DNA of 64,000 nt, the filler included, from Porpidia crustulata (Eukaryota), in the NCBI GenBank assembly GCA_964255105.1. It is 5 parts of 5 records of this genome, joined end to end, with 100 filler letters (N's around TTAATTAATTAA, not from the genome) between each part and the next. Parts side by side here need not be neighbours in the genome. Positions count along the whole stretch, not along the records: positions 1 to 12,759 come from CAXUWE010000489.1; positions 12,860 to 25,618 come from CAXUWE010000490.1; 3 more parts are not named here. One strand, given 5' to 3'. Below the pieces are notes generated by a model that was given only the letters and a program-made list of their open reading frames with translations, was not told where the DNA came from and did no database searches. Shown one piece after another: positions 10,542 to 24,181 of this stretch. The position numbers were made by a program, and so were the translations under genes. The number at the start of each line of letters is the position of its first letter. Position 1 is the first letter of the stretch.

Positions 10542-12449
10542 ATGTCACTGCCCGGCCTTCAACTTTCTACCCCAGTGGAGGTAGGGGTCGTACCAAATAT
10601 TCATAATGTCAAGCCAGGTACTGAATGGAGATTCGAGGTCGCTTTTGGTACAAATGTAGAGTTGAAGGTAAGTTATCTATTGAATTTTGCAGTGAGAAGG
10701 GATGGCGCATTTTGATGCTTTCTCCCTCTCTTTGCATTTTTGCCCTATTCTTCTCGATTTTTTCTCTAATTTCTTATCCTCCTTCCTTCCACTTTTGCTC
10801 GTTCTTTCCATCCTCCTTCTCATTCTACTTCTTGTTTTTGTCCTTTTATCTTTCCCTTCTTCTTTTCCTTCTTTTCCTCGCCTGCAGTCCACTTTCTCTC
10901 TCTTCGTCTTCTTCCCCCTGTTCTTCTTCTTCCTCTCTTTCTCCCATTCGAATGACCCGACCTTGTAATAGTTCTTCCTTTCTTACGCTTATATACCTGC
11001 TTATTCACTTCTTTTCTGCCTACTTGATTCGAAGCACTCGATTTTGGTAGCTATGTCTGGACTCTACTCACAGTTGCTATTTTTACACAGCTTCTTTCCG
11101 GTAACGCAGAGCTTTTTGGCACAGAACTCGCCCAAAAACAAACCTATGTATTCACGGGGATCAAGGCAGCAATATTCACATGGCATGGTTGCCTCCTCGA
11201 GGTCTCAGGGGATGTCCAGGTCGAATACCTTGCTGAAGAGACACCTATGATCAGCTACGCAAACTTGCACTTTGCGCTGGAGAAAATAAGAGACCAGAAT
11301 TTACTGGATGAAAGAGATGGTCCCCGAGTGCTGGTCGTTGGACCGGAAAATGCAGGAAAGACTAGCTTAGTCAAGCTTCTCACTGCCTACGCTACGAGAT
11401 CTGGTCGACAACCTATTACTGTGAACCTTGATACCAAGGAAGGCATGTTAAGCGTTCCCGGAACTTTATCTTCAGCGGTCTTTTCCTCAATCATCGATGT
11501 GGAAGAAGGCTGGGGAAGCAGTCCGACCAACGGACCGAGCCAGGTCCCCGTAAAGCTACCATTAGTGTACTACTATGGACAAGCGAATCCGGATGATAAT
11601 GTACAGACATTCAAGCCTATGGTAACGAGGCTCGCGCTCTCTGTGATGAGTAAGTTACAAGAGGACACAGAGGTAAAGGAAGCAGGGTGTATCGTGGATA
11701 CGCCGGGTGTTATTAGTCAAGGAAAGGGAGGGTATGAGATTATTCAGCATATTGTTTCCGAATTCTCAAGTAAGCTCCAGGCAGTATTGTATCCACCTGG
11801 ACTCGTTGGTGACCTTTTCTTAGTCAATATAGTGATCATCCTCGGCTCTGAACGCCTCTACAGCGACATGGCGCGTCGCTTCAAGGAACAAAACACTGGT
11901 AGCGGCGAGAAGATATCTGTTATTAAACTGGACAAGTCTGGCGGCTGCGTCGACCGAGACGAAGAGTATCAACGACAATATCGTCAAGCGCAAGTCCGGG
12001 AATACTTCTTTGGCGACAGCAGAAGCACTCTGAGCCCTCATACTCAACAGGTCGACTTCAACCAACTGACTATCTACAAGATCGCCGAATGTAAGTTCAT
12101 CAACTCCCAACTTCACCCCCTGTACAGCACTAATGAAACCACCCCAGCCTCCGACCTCCTCAACTCACTACTCCCCGGCGGTGAAGCCGACGATGCTTCA
12201 TCCGCGATTTTCGATCAGGTACAGCCATCGCCGCAAATGCAGAATTCAATCCTTGCCATCGTGCAGGCAGACCCCAACGACACACAGGAAAATATCCGCG
12301 ACGCTAGTGTAATTGGGTTCATTTACGTCGCCGAAGTCGACGAGAAGAGGAAGAAAGTGAAGGTCTTGGCGCCTTTGAGCGGGAGGCTGCCGCACAAGGC
12401 CATGATATGGGGGACGTGGCCGGAAGGCGTTGGGGACTTGGTTGGATGA
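10542..12449 (+). CDS. CLP1: mRNA cleavage and polyadenylation factor / polynucleotide kinase Clp1
   Basis: Exon 1 MSLPGLQL...EWRFEVAFG. Long intron ~10668-11090. P-loop GPENAGKTSL, plus VKLPLVYYYG, KLDKSGGCVDRD and GFIYVAEVDEKRKKVKVLAP. Further introns at 11770-11823 and 12091-12147. Confidence 0.95.
10715..11020 (+). repeat. Pyrimidine-rich (CT/CTT) low-complexity tract inside CLP1 intron 1
   Basis: About 300 bp dominated by T and C on the + strand; it produces the F/S/L-rich and K/R/E-rich spurious ORFs. Confidence 0.8.
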
Positions 12450-12759
12450 TTGGGCTTATATGGTACTACATGGAGTTCTATTTAGCGGCAAGGGAGAGGA
12501 TAATCTGCCAGCGAAAGCGAGGCCTTGACCTCATCTTCTATTTCGTTGAAGGCGTAAAACCAGGCCAATCTAATCTTCCTAACGGGACTAAATTAGATAT
12601 TGGCATTGATGGGGTGACGTCTTTTCGTCGTCGTTGAACGTATTCAGCACCACCCACGTAACACTAGTTGCAGCCACTACATCATACGCTCCCCATAATC
12701 CTTTACCATGACCATCCCCCAGTAGAAAAAAGCATACAAAAATCAGACATCCCCAACCT

Positions 12760-12859
12760 NNNNNNNNNNNNNNNNNNNNNNNNNNNNNNNNNNNNNNNNN
12801 NNNTTAATTAATTAANNNNNNNNNNNNNNNNNNNNNNNNNNNNNNNNNNNNNNNNNNNN
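12760..12859. other. Assembly spacer (N-run, TTAATTAATTAA, N-run)
   Basis: 100-bp spacer carrying a six-frame stop linker. Confidence 0.99.
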
Positions 12860-13230
12860 GGAGGGGATTGTGTGGGAGATTGTGGTGGTAGGTGCTAGAT
12901 TATCATAAAGTGAGGGGACGATGCTTTAGTGATGAAGAAAGCAAGAACAATAAGAGTCTGGCCGAGCGCTGCTGTCAACTCTCTATAAACTCCGCATTTT
13001 CACGTTTTCGGCACCGTGAATTTCCAATGCACTAAGCTCACCGCGGTTGAGGTACATTTATAATATTTGCTTTTTCTGTTCATTATAGGGTCGCGTACAA
13101 ATCCTCCCAAGTCGCTGAGATTCTAAGAACGCATTTCCCAGAGCGCCCTGCACCCAACATCTAACCCAAGTGCCCTTGTTGATACTTCTCTTCTTGCCCC
13201 CGAGTGAAACACCCATTTACATGAAAACAT

Positions 13231-15658
13231 TCAATCCACCTTCCCGTATGGTCCTCCGCCGTTCAAAATCCCCTCCTTTCCATCCAACTGAAAGAAACCT
13301 CCGGTCCCACCCTTCGTCTTCCGTATGTATCCTTTACCCCACATTGCGCTACCAATTACTATCCCAATCAAGAGACCGAAAGAAACCCAAGGGTGGCTAG
13401 TCGCTGCGCCACGTGTATGGAAGAAAACCTGCTGGAAGGCGCCAGTGCGGGATTTTGGAGAGAGTTTGGGGGGGGTGGAGATCACTTTGGGGCGGGTCTC
13501 GAGGATAGAGGTGCGGGATGGGACGATGAAAGCACCCGATTCGGTAATGTCCCAATAACGGCGATTCTATGATAGTCAGCAGGTGTGAGGGAGGATTTAA
13601 AGAAGAGAAGCAGACTCACGTCTTCGTCGTTAATTATGACTCTTTCACCGTCGTTCTGGACATTGATACCGTACGTTGATCGAATCCAGCGCTCCCAAAA
13701 GATACCATCTACCCATGCAAAACCTACTTGCTTCCTGTCATCCTCACTAATATTGATTTCGATACTCTTTGCTGCTCTTATAGCTCTCTGATCGCCTCGA
13801 TCCTCTGCTTCTTCGAGACGCAATTGCTTCGCATCTCTCAATTCTTGGCGTTCCAACTGGAAGGCATGGGTTTGCTTCTCCATCCAGTCAAGTGCCGCAT
13901 TCTTGATCTCACGCTTATCTAAGACAAATTCATCTGCCCTTTCGCGAGATAACATCCCGAGGACTACAAATTTTCCACTCATGATCTCGCGGGAATTAGA
14001 GGCTGTGAGCTCTGGTACAATCGGTAGCCAGACGGACTTCATCCAATTCAGTACCTGTCTGAAGTCTCGCATATCTTTTGGTGCTAAAGCGTTGTAATAG
14101 CTTGGTCTTCCGTCCCTTGAGACTAACAGTCGGGGCCATGTCGATATTTTGAATCTATCGGCTAAAACAGAGCTATCGGTCTTGACCAGCTTCGCGTGGC
14201 CAATTAAACTCAGTGTCAATCGTTCTAGAGCCTCAAAGTCTTCGCTTGTGGTAGCGTGATCGTAGAAATAAAGAAAGATGACCTCTTCAGTCTCTTCCAT
14301 TACTTTGAAAGCTGGTGCGTCCACGTATGTCACACCGCCGCCAATGTCCAAAGCTTTCTTTGCGTAGCTGACAAGATCTCCAAGTCCTCGCAAGCCATCA
14401 TACTCGACGCGCTCGCCACCTCGGAAGAAATGGATTGTTGGATAGCCTTTGACTCGGACATCTTTGCAAAGTCGTACCTCCACATCGCAATTAACCTCGC
14501 CGACGTTGAGGTTACCTTGCAACTCCTTCGACATTTGAAGCCAGCCTGGGGCAAGAGCTTGACAGTGGTGGCACCATGGTGCATAGAATTTGACAAACCA
14601 GGGATCTTGAGTGTTGGTAACTAGCTTCTGGAAGCTTTCTTGAGAAAGAGCGATGGAGGTCCCCAAGGCATTTGCTATTACGGTCGGCTTTGTCGGCCTC
14701 GAAACCTTTGTAGCCTTCAATTTAGATTTCCCCGTTGAAGCCTCTTCTGCTGCAGAAGCCGTGCCTGTACCTGGAACAGCTTTCCCGTCCTTTTTGTCGG
14801 CCTTGTCTCCAGTCACCACGGGATGGGTCTCGGAATCGGTAGAGTTCTCGCCAGGCGCCGGTAGAGTCAGACCATTCTTTGATCTCGACCCAGGTCGAAT
14901 GGATTCTAAAATCTCCTCAACAAATGCACTCAAGCCTGCCATATCGCGTTCCCTCTTGTTCGGCGTATCATGTTTTACCTCGAATTTCTTCACGAGTTTG
15001 GAATCTTTGTACAATTGAAATGTCGGCCACGACGTAACCTGCCGATCATTGCACGCATCGCCATACCGGATGCAGTCGATGGATGCAAAGTTAAAGTCGT
15101 AGTATCGATGGAATGAGTTGGCCTGTGACTGAGCTGTAGACGGTTTTCCGGATGCCAAAGGCTTCGAGGTCTACAATTGAGTCAGATATACGTGACTTTT
15201 GGCCTGCGGTCTCAATTGTACCTACATAATAAAATTCGTACAGGGTTTGCCACGCTGGGGCAATGTCCTGACAATGATGACAGTAAGGTGAGAAATGTTT
15301 CACAAACCTGCTCAGAAATATATCAGTGTTACACTTCATTCTCGACTTCCCCTTCAAGATTGAGGGTTGCCATCGCAAAATCATACCAATAGCCGTTCTT
15401 TATTTCCTCTTCAAACTTCTCGCCATTAATTTCCTTCATTGGCGGAACCTCTATATTATTGAAAAGGGTCGAGTCGCTAGAAACGGCTTCGCTATTTGTA
15501 GCGCCAGCCGCAGCTCCAGCCTCAACAGGTGCGGGCTTGATCTCCGACAGAACATCTTCTACAGTGTTGAGTTGGTGCTGCGTGTCTCCAGCAGTCGTAG
15601 CTTGTACTGAAGATAGGAGGAGAAGGGAAATGACGGCTCGTGGGATGAGGAAATGCAT
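13231..15658 (-). CDS. EPS1: ER membrane protein disulfide isomerase-like, multi-thioredoxin-domain (Eps1-like)
   Basis: Signal peptide MHFLIPRAVISLLLLSSVQA; two CxxC sites (FSPYCHHC, FYAPWCHHC); further thioredoxin-like folds; C-terminal TM segment and di-lysine-like end GKVD. Introns near 15308-15387, 15171-15227 and 13567-13619. Confidence 0.85.
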
Positions 15659-16159
15659 TGTAGATAACGACACCAGGGCCGTACCGGCCGGATCGAAACG
15701 GTGATGACCAAGCTAAGCTGTTGAGTTTGACGTGACGTCTAGAAAATTCCCAAAGATATCGTCCACGCGTAGAGAGGAAGAAACGTTCAAATTGAAATAC
15801 CGGCTGGCCGGTCCTGAGTCGGTATTCCTGTTGCCCAACAGTGCCAAGCAGCCGTGCTTATTTGTATTTGGACAGCGACTAGAGATTCAAAGATCGATCG
15901 CAAGCGTGGATTACAAGTGAAAACCCTTCGTAAAGCTCCGCCACTTGTGCCTCCATGTGGATAGAGACTGATGAATGCGGCGAGGCAATCCCGCATGAGG
16001 TGATCTACGTTGCTCCCCTGAAGGCCCTCGGCTACGTTAACCTGTTTCGGCGCTGACAACCACGCCATGCGCATCCCGTGGAATAACCGAGAATCCTTAA
16101 ACGTCGTTTTTGCATCTCAGTTGATGGAATAACTGCCAGCTCATGTAAGAGCCGCAAAA

Positions 16160-17049
16160 ATGAGGCCGGCATTCCGACTACTTGCCGCAGTCAAGCATGG
16201 TCGCTACCTGGAAGCTGGTAATCCGACAGGTCTCACAGGACTTTTCACACATCCGGCCCCAAGGTCTACTCTTCTCTACCTCTACAGCTCCACGCTTGAT
16301 AAACTCAAGGCATTCCCCGAGCATTCAATCTACCGACAATCTGCCGAGGCTCTGACTACACATCGGCTTAAGATTGTCGAGTCTATCAAGCCTGAAGGCT
16401 ACGAAGAATGGGCAAAAAAGGCAGCGGAGTTGGTTGAAAAGAATCCCCAAGTTTTCGATATGCCCGAGGGGAGCCCTCAAAGGGTTTCCGAGCACAATGG
16501 AGAGATATTTGTCACTACTACAGTCCCACAAGAGGAAGATGAGCGAGTAGAGGAGTGGGATGGAGAGAAAGTGCAAGCACCCACATTGGAAGGTTCTAGA
16601 GACGCCTCTGAGAGACTGCATCAACAATTCGCAGCACAGGACGACCCTGCAGATGATGCAAATACTATCACATGGGAACCAGAGCCGCCACTAGAAGCTT
16701 CACAGTACGTTATCATTGCCATCGATGTCACAAGTCTGTGTTATTACGGGGCTGACCTGCCATGCTCTAGAATCAATGAGATGGAGACCCAAATCGGAGC
16801 CGGTTTGATCGAAGAGGTAATCCAGGTGGCGCAGGGTGAGCTGAAGTTAGTTGATTCGATGCTAGAATCGAAAGTGTGAGTATTTCAAATTTTGAATGCT
16901 AGATTTATAACCTTAGTGTTATCCATAAACAGTTTGCTAATCTTTGGTATAGATGGGAGGAGCTTGGGGAGAAGCCACCACAAGGGCAATGGGATTACTT
17001 CGCAAGGGATCAACATACTCCTGGGACACAAGAACCTCCAAGTAAATAA
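16160..17049 (+). CDS. NDUFA5: NADH:ubiquinone oxidoreductase 29.9-kDa subunit (NDUFA5 family)
   Basis: PTGLTGLFTHPAPRSTLLYLY, YRQSAEALT and IGAGLIEEVIQVAQGEL. Last exon WEELGEKPPQGQWDYFAR ends in TAA at 17049. Confidence 0.92.
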
Positions 17050-19269
17050 TATATAACTCAAGCTTTGTATATAATAGAAATAGACAGGAGCGAACATGCT
17101 TTCGAAACCTATCAGCTGTAAGCAGAGCCAGTCTTAAGCTACTACTCTAATTTTATCCAAAACACGCAATAAACGCATCTCAAGTATTCTTACAAATGCC
17201 CACCAGCACCTGGGCGTGCAATGTTTCCCAGTGGCAAGCGAGTAATGTGTATTGATTTAAAGCACACACAAGTTCGAGCAATAGAGATTTGTTCTAGTTT
17301 CAGATGGGGCGTGAGTATTCATTTATCCTACATCTGGGAACGAATGCAGTCATTCAGCATATTAATTCGTTTCGCCATACCTACGTTGCGTGATCGAGCG
17401 TTCATCGAAAACATTTCCTTGCTTTTCTAAGGCCTGGCTGAAGTACTGAGGATGTTGATGATCTATTCTAGTCGATATGAAATACTATGTTTCCTATGAG
17501 ACTTGGGTAATTCAGATGATCGTCATCAAGAATTGGCTGGGGGAGGGACGCCGGAATAGGAGCTGCTCATATCGGAGGAGTACCAATTGATTTACCTTAC
17601 ATTACTACGGATTTTGTTCACCTAGGTAGGGACGTTTCCGTTGAATCGCCTGCATTTCTATTATTTACCTACCGTCTGGGTCCCGTTTCTATCAATTGAG
17701 GCAAGAATCTCATATCACGCCTCCTATGGCAAAAGCGAAGACTCAATAGCTTACCAGGAGGAAATCTGATTTGGTAAATAGACAAATCAATTGGCACGAC
17801 TGTGCTGTGCGGATCTTGGCATACACAGTAGAGAATGAAATCATAATGGGCATTCTGTCAGAAGGTCGTCACACCCAACAGTCACTAGTACTAGTGTGGA
17901 TCATCCTCTTGCTGTTAGTGGTTAGATAACTGCTTTTCATGGTTGCTTTAGGAACTATCAAGGTTAGACTTTCTTTAGAATATTCCCTTAGTAAAATTGT
18001 AGTTTGACACAATTACCCCAGATACCCACATACCGTAACAAGGGGCAGATATTGGTTGAGGGATGGACCTACGAATTATGAGGAGATGGTCCTCGAAAGA
18101 AACAAGTCGGGTTTGGACTGTCATTTAGGGCCGGACATTCTTACGAAGAGTTTACAGTGTCGTGGGCGTGAGCGTCTACAATTCGGGTGGTGTAAGCTAA
18201 AACTCGGCTGAATTATTGATCCGTCACGAATCTTCATCGTTTTCTAGCTCACTTCTGGAATGACGTTCGGGCAGAGGGAAGCGATCTACTCCGGTACCTC
18301 ACATCTCTCCATCCTAGTCTAGGTACGCGTGGCGTGTGTGGGTGTGCGGCAGAGGCTTCAAGTGATGATTGGATCAAGCCTCGTCGTCAGGTTTGCTATT
18401 CAATAACACCTAATTGACGAACCTGAATCTCATCTTGAAAGGACTTTACTACTGCATATGCTACATAAGTACAATCAATACGGTTTACTATAGGATAGAT
18501 AGGGTGTGGTGGGGTGTGGGATACGATACATGAAGGTTTCCGTAATCGGGAAAAACTACTCGGGATTATTACCAGAATTGCCAGGTACGTAATCAAAGTT
18601 CTCACTCTCCCTCTCCCACTTTCATCCAACTACCTTATTGTAATTCTTTTTCTCCACACCGACCGCACGACTCCCATGCGTGTAATTGATTCTGCCGTAT
18701 AGACGACCTGCAGTGTGTGAAAATCGGTCACCAGCCTGTCTGATCCCGTGGTGCAACACTTGCGAGTCCCCACCCACCACGCCAAATCTGGTATCTGTTT
18801 CAGCCAAATTATTACTCGCCAGCCCGTTCGATTGCTTATTTGATCCACCGAATCCGAATCCACCTGCGGTTAATTAGTGGGACCCGTCGATTAGATCTTC
18901 ACAGAGCCGCATCGTCGGCCCACTGCAGTTCACCTATACCGCCAAGTGACTCGAAGGGCGGCTTCAATCTCGTCGTGGAGCACTAAGATATCCGCCACCG
19001 CTTTCTGCAGAGGCTGCTGCCGTCTACAACATTCGGAGGATTGCGGCATCTCCCCGGGCTCTGTGAGCTCTACTTCTTTCGTACTCTTTTCGCTAGAGCA
19101 TCGCGGACTCTATCGACCATCTGATTCGTCTATGCTATGTCTATCGATTGGACTGGCATTTAGAGCTTTAGAAAAGCCGCTGGGACGTCTTTCAACACGA
19201 TTACGATACGCATTCTAATGACGGCAATATTCGATTAGACTTTTCTTCATCATCCACTCGCTTCTCGCA

Positions 19270-20882
19270 ATGGACGCTCAATTCCCATCTGGTGTTGTGT
19301 ATGCACCGAGCCTCCCACCGAATCGTCAACTATCAACCACGACATCGCCTTACCAGCTTCCCCAACCATCGTCAACGAATACCCAGACCTTGCCATCGCT
19401 GCAGTCACATACCTACTCACAAGGTTTCAGCAACGACCCTTTTGGCCAGAGATTGCAAGCCTCTCAACCATCTTTCGTTTCTGCAAATACTCCGACCATT
19501 AGCCACGCTACCACATTTCCAGTATATGCAACGTCACTTGATGCACCCTACCCTGGCCATCAGAGCTCCTATGCACAGCCTGCGCGACCTTTCCAGCCTC
19601 CGCATACATATTCCTCCCAACCCTCAACGACGCAAGCGTTCCAGACATATGCGGCCCCCGTTCCCATGCAGGTCCGCCGCCCTGAATTACGGCCAATGCC
19701 CGCCGGTGGCCTAACCGAATTACCCCAGATATCTTCATATTCAAAAGGATCTTCGGCATCGAGTCTAGTCTCTCTACAAAGTACCCGTGACCCACAACCC
19801 ACGCATGTAGTCGGCTCGCAGGGCCGACGAGGTATACTTCCCAGCACCGATGGACGTCCACCAGCAGTTGGAAACGGAACTAGCACAAGTCAGAAGTCTG
19901 CTGGTATTCCACCAAAAGATGCAGAAGGAAAGTATCCTTGCCCGTACTGTACAAAGAATTATTTGCATGCCAAGCATCTGAAGCGCCACCTGTTGAGACG
20001 TAAGCTCGAGGTAGCTCCATCATGAAAACCATTGTTAATAGCGGCTTAGATACCGGCGTTCGACCGTACTCATGCGGACTATGTAAGGATACATTCTCGC
20101 GAAGTGACATCCTGAAGCGTCACTTTCAAAAATGTTCCGTGCGCAGAGGTAATCCGTCTGGTGCAAGTCACTTGGCTCATTCAAGGGCAAACAGGAAAGC
20201 AAATGTTGAGACGGTGGATGATATGATTCTTCCAAGTCCGAGTAGTGCAATGCCTCCAGGTCAAGTTTCGCATCTTTCCGGCTTTCCATCGACAAATTTA
20301 CAGGGTTCCTTGAATATCGGCAGCCTACGTTTAGGCCAAACAAGTTATGCGGAAGAACAACATGGTTTACCGACCACGATGTCACAGTCGAACGGTGTCA
20401 AACATACTATGAATTCTCTCTCCACTGCAAACAGAGGACCCTCTGGGCCATCGAAACCCACTGGATTTGATCATACAGGGTTTCAAAATCCGACGGGACA
20501 CATCACTCCAGACTCGGTAACAACAAGCGGCGCAGCAACGCCTTATCCTTATCCGCAAGACTCTCGCCCCAATCAATTTTCTGATGGAAGCTTCAGTCAT
20601 GCTCCAAATAGTACCCAATTAGATCTGAGTGGGACCAATCGAGCTCCGGCCGGCTCAAATTATTCTAGTGAATCCCTTCCTCAGATCGTGGAGTCGTCGC
20701 AGGGTCACAGAAGCGATCTTGATTGGTTGTTTCCACCTGGATCGCAAGGAGACTTCAGCATCCATTCCTTCCAGTCCGGTATTGACCACTCTCAGCAGCC
20801 TATCAAGCCCGACCCAAACTTTTCAAAAGTTCCATTCTCATTGGCTCCAGATTACGCTCCATTCCTGCCAACAAAAGTCTAG
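19270..20882 (+). CDS. C2H2 zinc-finger transcription factor (RfeC-like), 2 exons
   Basis: HVVGSQGRRGILPS motif; fingers CPYCTKNYLHAKHLKRHLLRH and CGLCKDTFSRSDILKRHFQKC joined across an intron at ~20000-20049. Confidence 0.85.
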
Positions 20883-21464
20883 ATCTTATTCAACTTCTGT
20901 TGTGCTCTTCTATGGTATTTGTTAGACTTTACTGCATACTTATAAAATGCTTTGGTGGTGGCTTTCTTCTGGCATAGGATTTCGCTACGAAGAACATGAT
21001 AGATGAGGACCAAAATATAGAGGTATAGATGAGAAAAAGAAAGACAAAATTACCAATAGAAACGCTATGATGATGGTGCTGGGAGTGATGCATTGTCAGT
21101 CCGGCGCTTTGTTTGGATCAGAGGCTTCTACGCCCGTTGTATGAATTATTAGGTCTTCTACATCCAGATTCCTATACAATAGCTCGGTGGCATCTAGCCT
21201 TGGAGCTATCAGCGAAATACATTGGTGATGAAGCTAATAGTTTCACAATCTGGCGATCAGGACGTCTTTACGCACGGTATTATAGAGAGTCTGAAATAAC
21301 ATGTAGACCCTCTTGGGCACGGCGAAGTAATTTTTCAACAATCAGTGAAATAGGAGGTTTCGAGATCGTGAAAGCCAAGACACAACAGGGCGTCCTTGCT
21401 AAGCGAGCCTTGGACGTCATCGCTAATCGCATGGCGGCTCATAAATCTTGCAACTTAGTCCAGT

Positions 21465-23616
21465 ATGTCAATTTTCTACCGATTGCTGGCGAGTCAGGCA
21501 ATTCAACCAGCTTCAATGCCCGTAGTAAAGCCCTACACTATAGGGCGTCTCACTCATCTCAACGCGAGATCCCTCCCTTCTAGAACACAATATCTAAACC
21601 AAGCCCGGCGCGCTATTCCCCTCCATGTGCGCTTTGCCTCGAGCTCCCAAGAAATAATAGGGGATGCTCGCTCTTTAAGTACGCGGATCAAAAACCTGCT
21701 CTTAGGTACGACTTTTGCGCTGGTCCTAACCTTCGGCTATTACTATGCCACGGACACGAGAGCAGGTGTACATCAATGGCTTTTTGTTCCATCGTTACGC
21801 AGATTATACGATGATGCGGAGGAAGCTCATGAGGCCGGTGTCAAGGCATTGAAGACCCTCTATGCTTTCGGATTACATCCAAGAGAGAGGGGATATCCGG
21901 ATGGTGCTGGGGATCTTAGGGTCGAGGTGGGATGAACTTGTCAGGCTGTCTCGTCCAACGCGTTAAAGAGCTAAGCATGTACGACCAGGTCTTTGGTCAA
22001 TCAATTGCCAATCCTATAGGGACCAGTGCAGGCATAGATAAGCATGCCGATATCCCTTCTCCTCTCTTCGCTCTCGGGCCTGCAATCATTGAGATTGGGG
22101 GGACTACAAAACACCCTCAAGATGGTAACCCGAAACCGTGAGCTTCCTTCATTACCATAGATATATCCAAAGCGTTGACGAAACATGCCTCAGTCGAGTA
22201 TTCCGTATTCCATCCCAAAAAGCTTTCATCAATCGGTACGGGCTCAACTCTCATGGCTGCGATGATGTGGCTATGCGATTACGCCAGCGAGTCAGAGAGT
22301 ACGCGTATGCAAACGGCTTCGGCATTGATGAGTGTGCAGAGCAGATGGTTCTAGATGGCCAAGCTGGAGTGCCTCCAGGATCACTCGTGGAAGGGAAATT
22401 GATGGCCGTCCAGATTGCAAAGAATAAAGCCACACCTGATGATGACATAGAGGCTGTAAAGGCAGACTATGTTTATTGTGTGGAGGCTTTAGCCAGATAC
22501 GCTGATGTAAAGAAGGACAGATTATAGTAATGAAAAGTGCTGATGATCCTTGACAGATAATCACAGTTAATGTATCAAGCCCTAATACCCCAGGGCTAAG
22601 AGGCTTGCAGAAAGTAGAACCTCTCACGAAGATCCTCACCGGAGTTGTTGAAGCTGCGAACAGGGCAAAGCGAAAGACAAGACCCGCAATCATGGTAAAA
22701 ATAAGTCCAGACGAAGATTCCGAAGAACAAGTCTCTGGGATCTGTGACGCTGTATGGGAATCCGGGGTGGATGGGGTCATCGTAGGTAACACGACAACCC
22801 GAAGACCAGACCCATCACCCACAGGCTATACTTTACCTCCAAGGGAAGCGGCTGCGATGCTAGAGCAGGGGGGATATTCCGGCCCACAACTTTTCGATAG
22901 AACTCTATCTCTAGTCAGAAAATACAGAAGAAAGCTCGACCAAGGCCCGGACAACTCGTCGTCCCCACCTTTCCCAGGAAAAACCACTCCCGAACCTCAG
23001 CCCCAATCGACATCGCCTCCTGATCCACCAGCACCGCAGAAGCTAGACTTGGACACGTCCGTCAAAATCGATGCAACCATTGTCCGCGACATTGCACATA
23101 TAAAACCTCAAACTCCGGAAGCAGAAACCGCCTCCAAGGTCCAGCCGCTGATTCGTATTCCCACACGCAATAATCCTTTCTCCACGGAATCAGCAGACTC
23201 CGATGCCTCTCCTGCACTCTCGTCTTCAAACCACATCACCCAACTTCCTCCTACACCAACGGCCTCTGGGCCCACAGCATCATCATCAACGCCTCCGCCA
23301 ATGCCACCTCGATCGAAGAACGTAGCAGCACCAGTCGTCCAATCCGAGCGGAAAGTGATTTTTGCAACTGGAGGGATCACAAACGGGAAGCAAGCGCTCG
23401 AAATACTGGATGCGGGCGCGAGTGTTGCAATGATTTACACGGCTGTAAGTCAATCCAGAAACACTTCTTTATCTGCTCGTGAAGGCGAATGCAAATAAGA
23501 TAACTAATGACTGTCTGTGGTGGTTATAGTTGGTCTATTCGGGGGTTGGAACGATTACACGGATCAAGGGGGAAATGAGGGAGGCTCGGGAGGGGAAAGG
23601 GAGGAATGGCATATAG
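21465..23616 (+). CDS. URA9: Mitochondrial (class 2, quinone) dihydroorotate dehydrogenase, multi-exon
   Basis: Targeting sequence and TM anchor; NPIGTSAGIDK, PQDGNPKP-RVFR, INRYGLNS, VNVSSPNTPGLRGLQ, VKISPD, VGNTT, GGYSG, IFATGGI and last exon LVYSGVGTITRIKGEM. Confidence 0.95.
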
Positions 23617-24181
23617 ATATCAGGAGGTAGAGAAGAACACCGGGAATGTTGTACATATTGATGAGGGACAAGAACACTATTTAAGAACGAGCAGGAAGAG
23701 TGTACTACTACCTAGCAGGCCACGATTGTGCTTTGTGAGTATAATATAATCTAAGGGGACTTAGAGAATGCATGGTGATTTTTGGTCTTTCGCTTCGTAT
23801 TTCGAAATCCTGGGAACGCAGATGACTAGATCGCACTAATAAATGAAAGTTCTGTAGTAGATATTTTAGCACTCGTTGAAAGAATTTCTTAATCGAATAA
23901 ATATTGCTTCCAAAGCTTCCGTATAAATGTTGATCAATGTCGTTATATCATACTCTAGCGCGCGCCCAGTATGTGGCACTGTGGGTGAAAGCGATCTTAT
24001 CTAATTAATAAGCCTCTACACCCCCCTAAATGCCACAAGGCCCAGGTGGACTATCCTCATCTTTACCTTCCCGTTGTTAATAGCAGTCGCTTTGATCGGA
24101 TGGCGTCAGTCGCAATTACTTCCCTCGAAACGACCAAGAAGAAAACCCCCACGACTCAAAATCCTTGAAGTCACTCCCGCC

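Noticed and set aside
10625..11050. F/S/L-rich and K/R/E-rich ORFs
   Set aside because: Translations of the CT-rich CLP1 intron.
12804..12815. TTAATTAATTAA palindrome recurring every ~12.85 kb
   Set aside because: Artificial six-frame stop linker inside N spacers, not a biological repeat.
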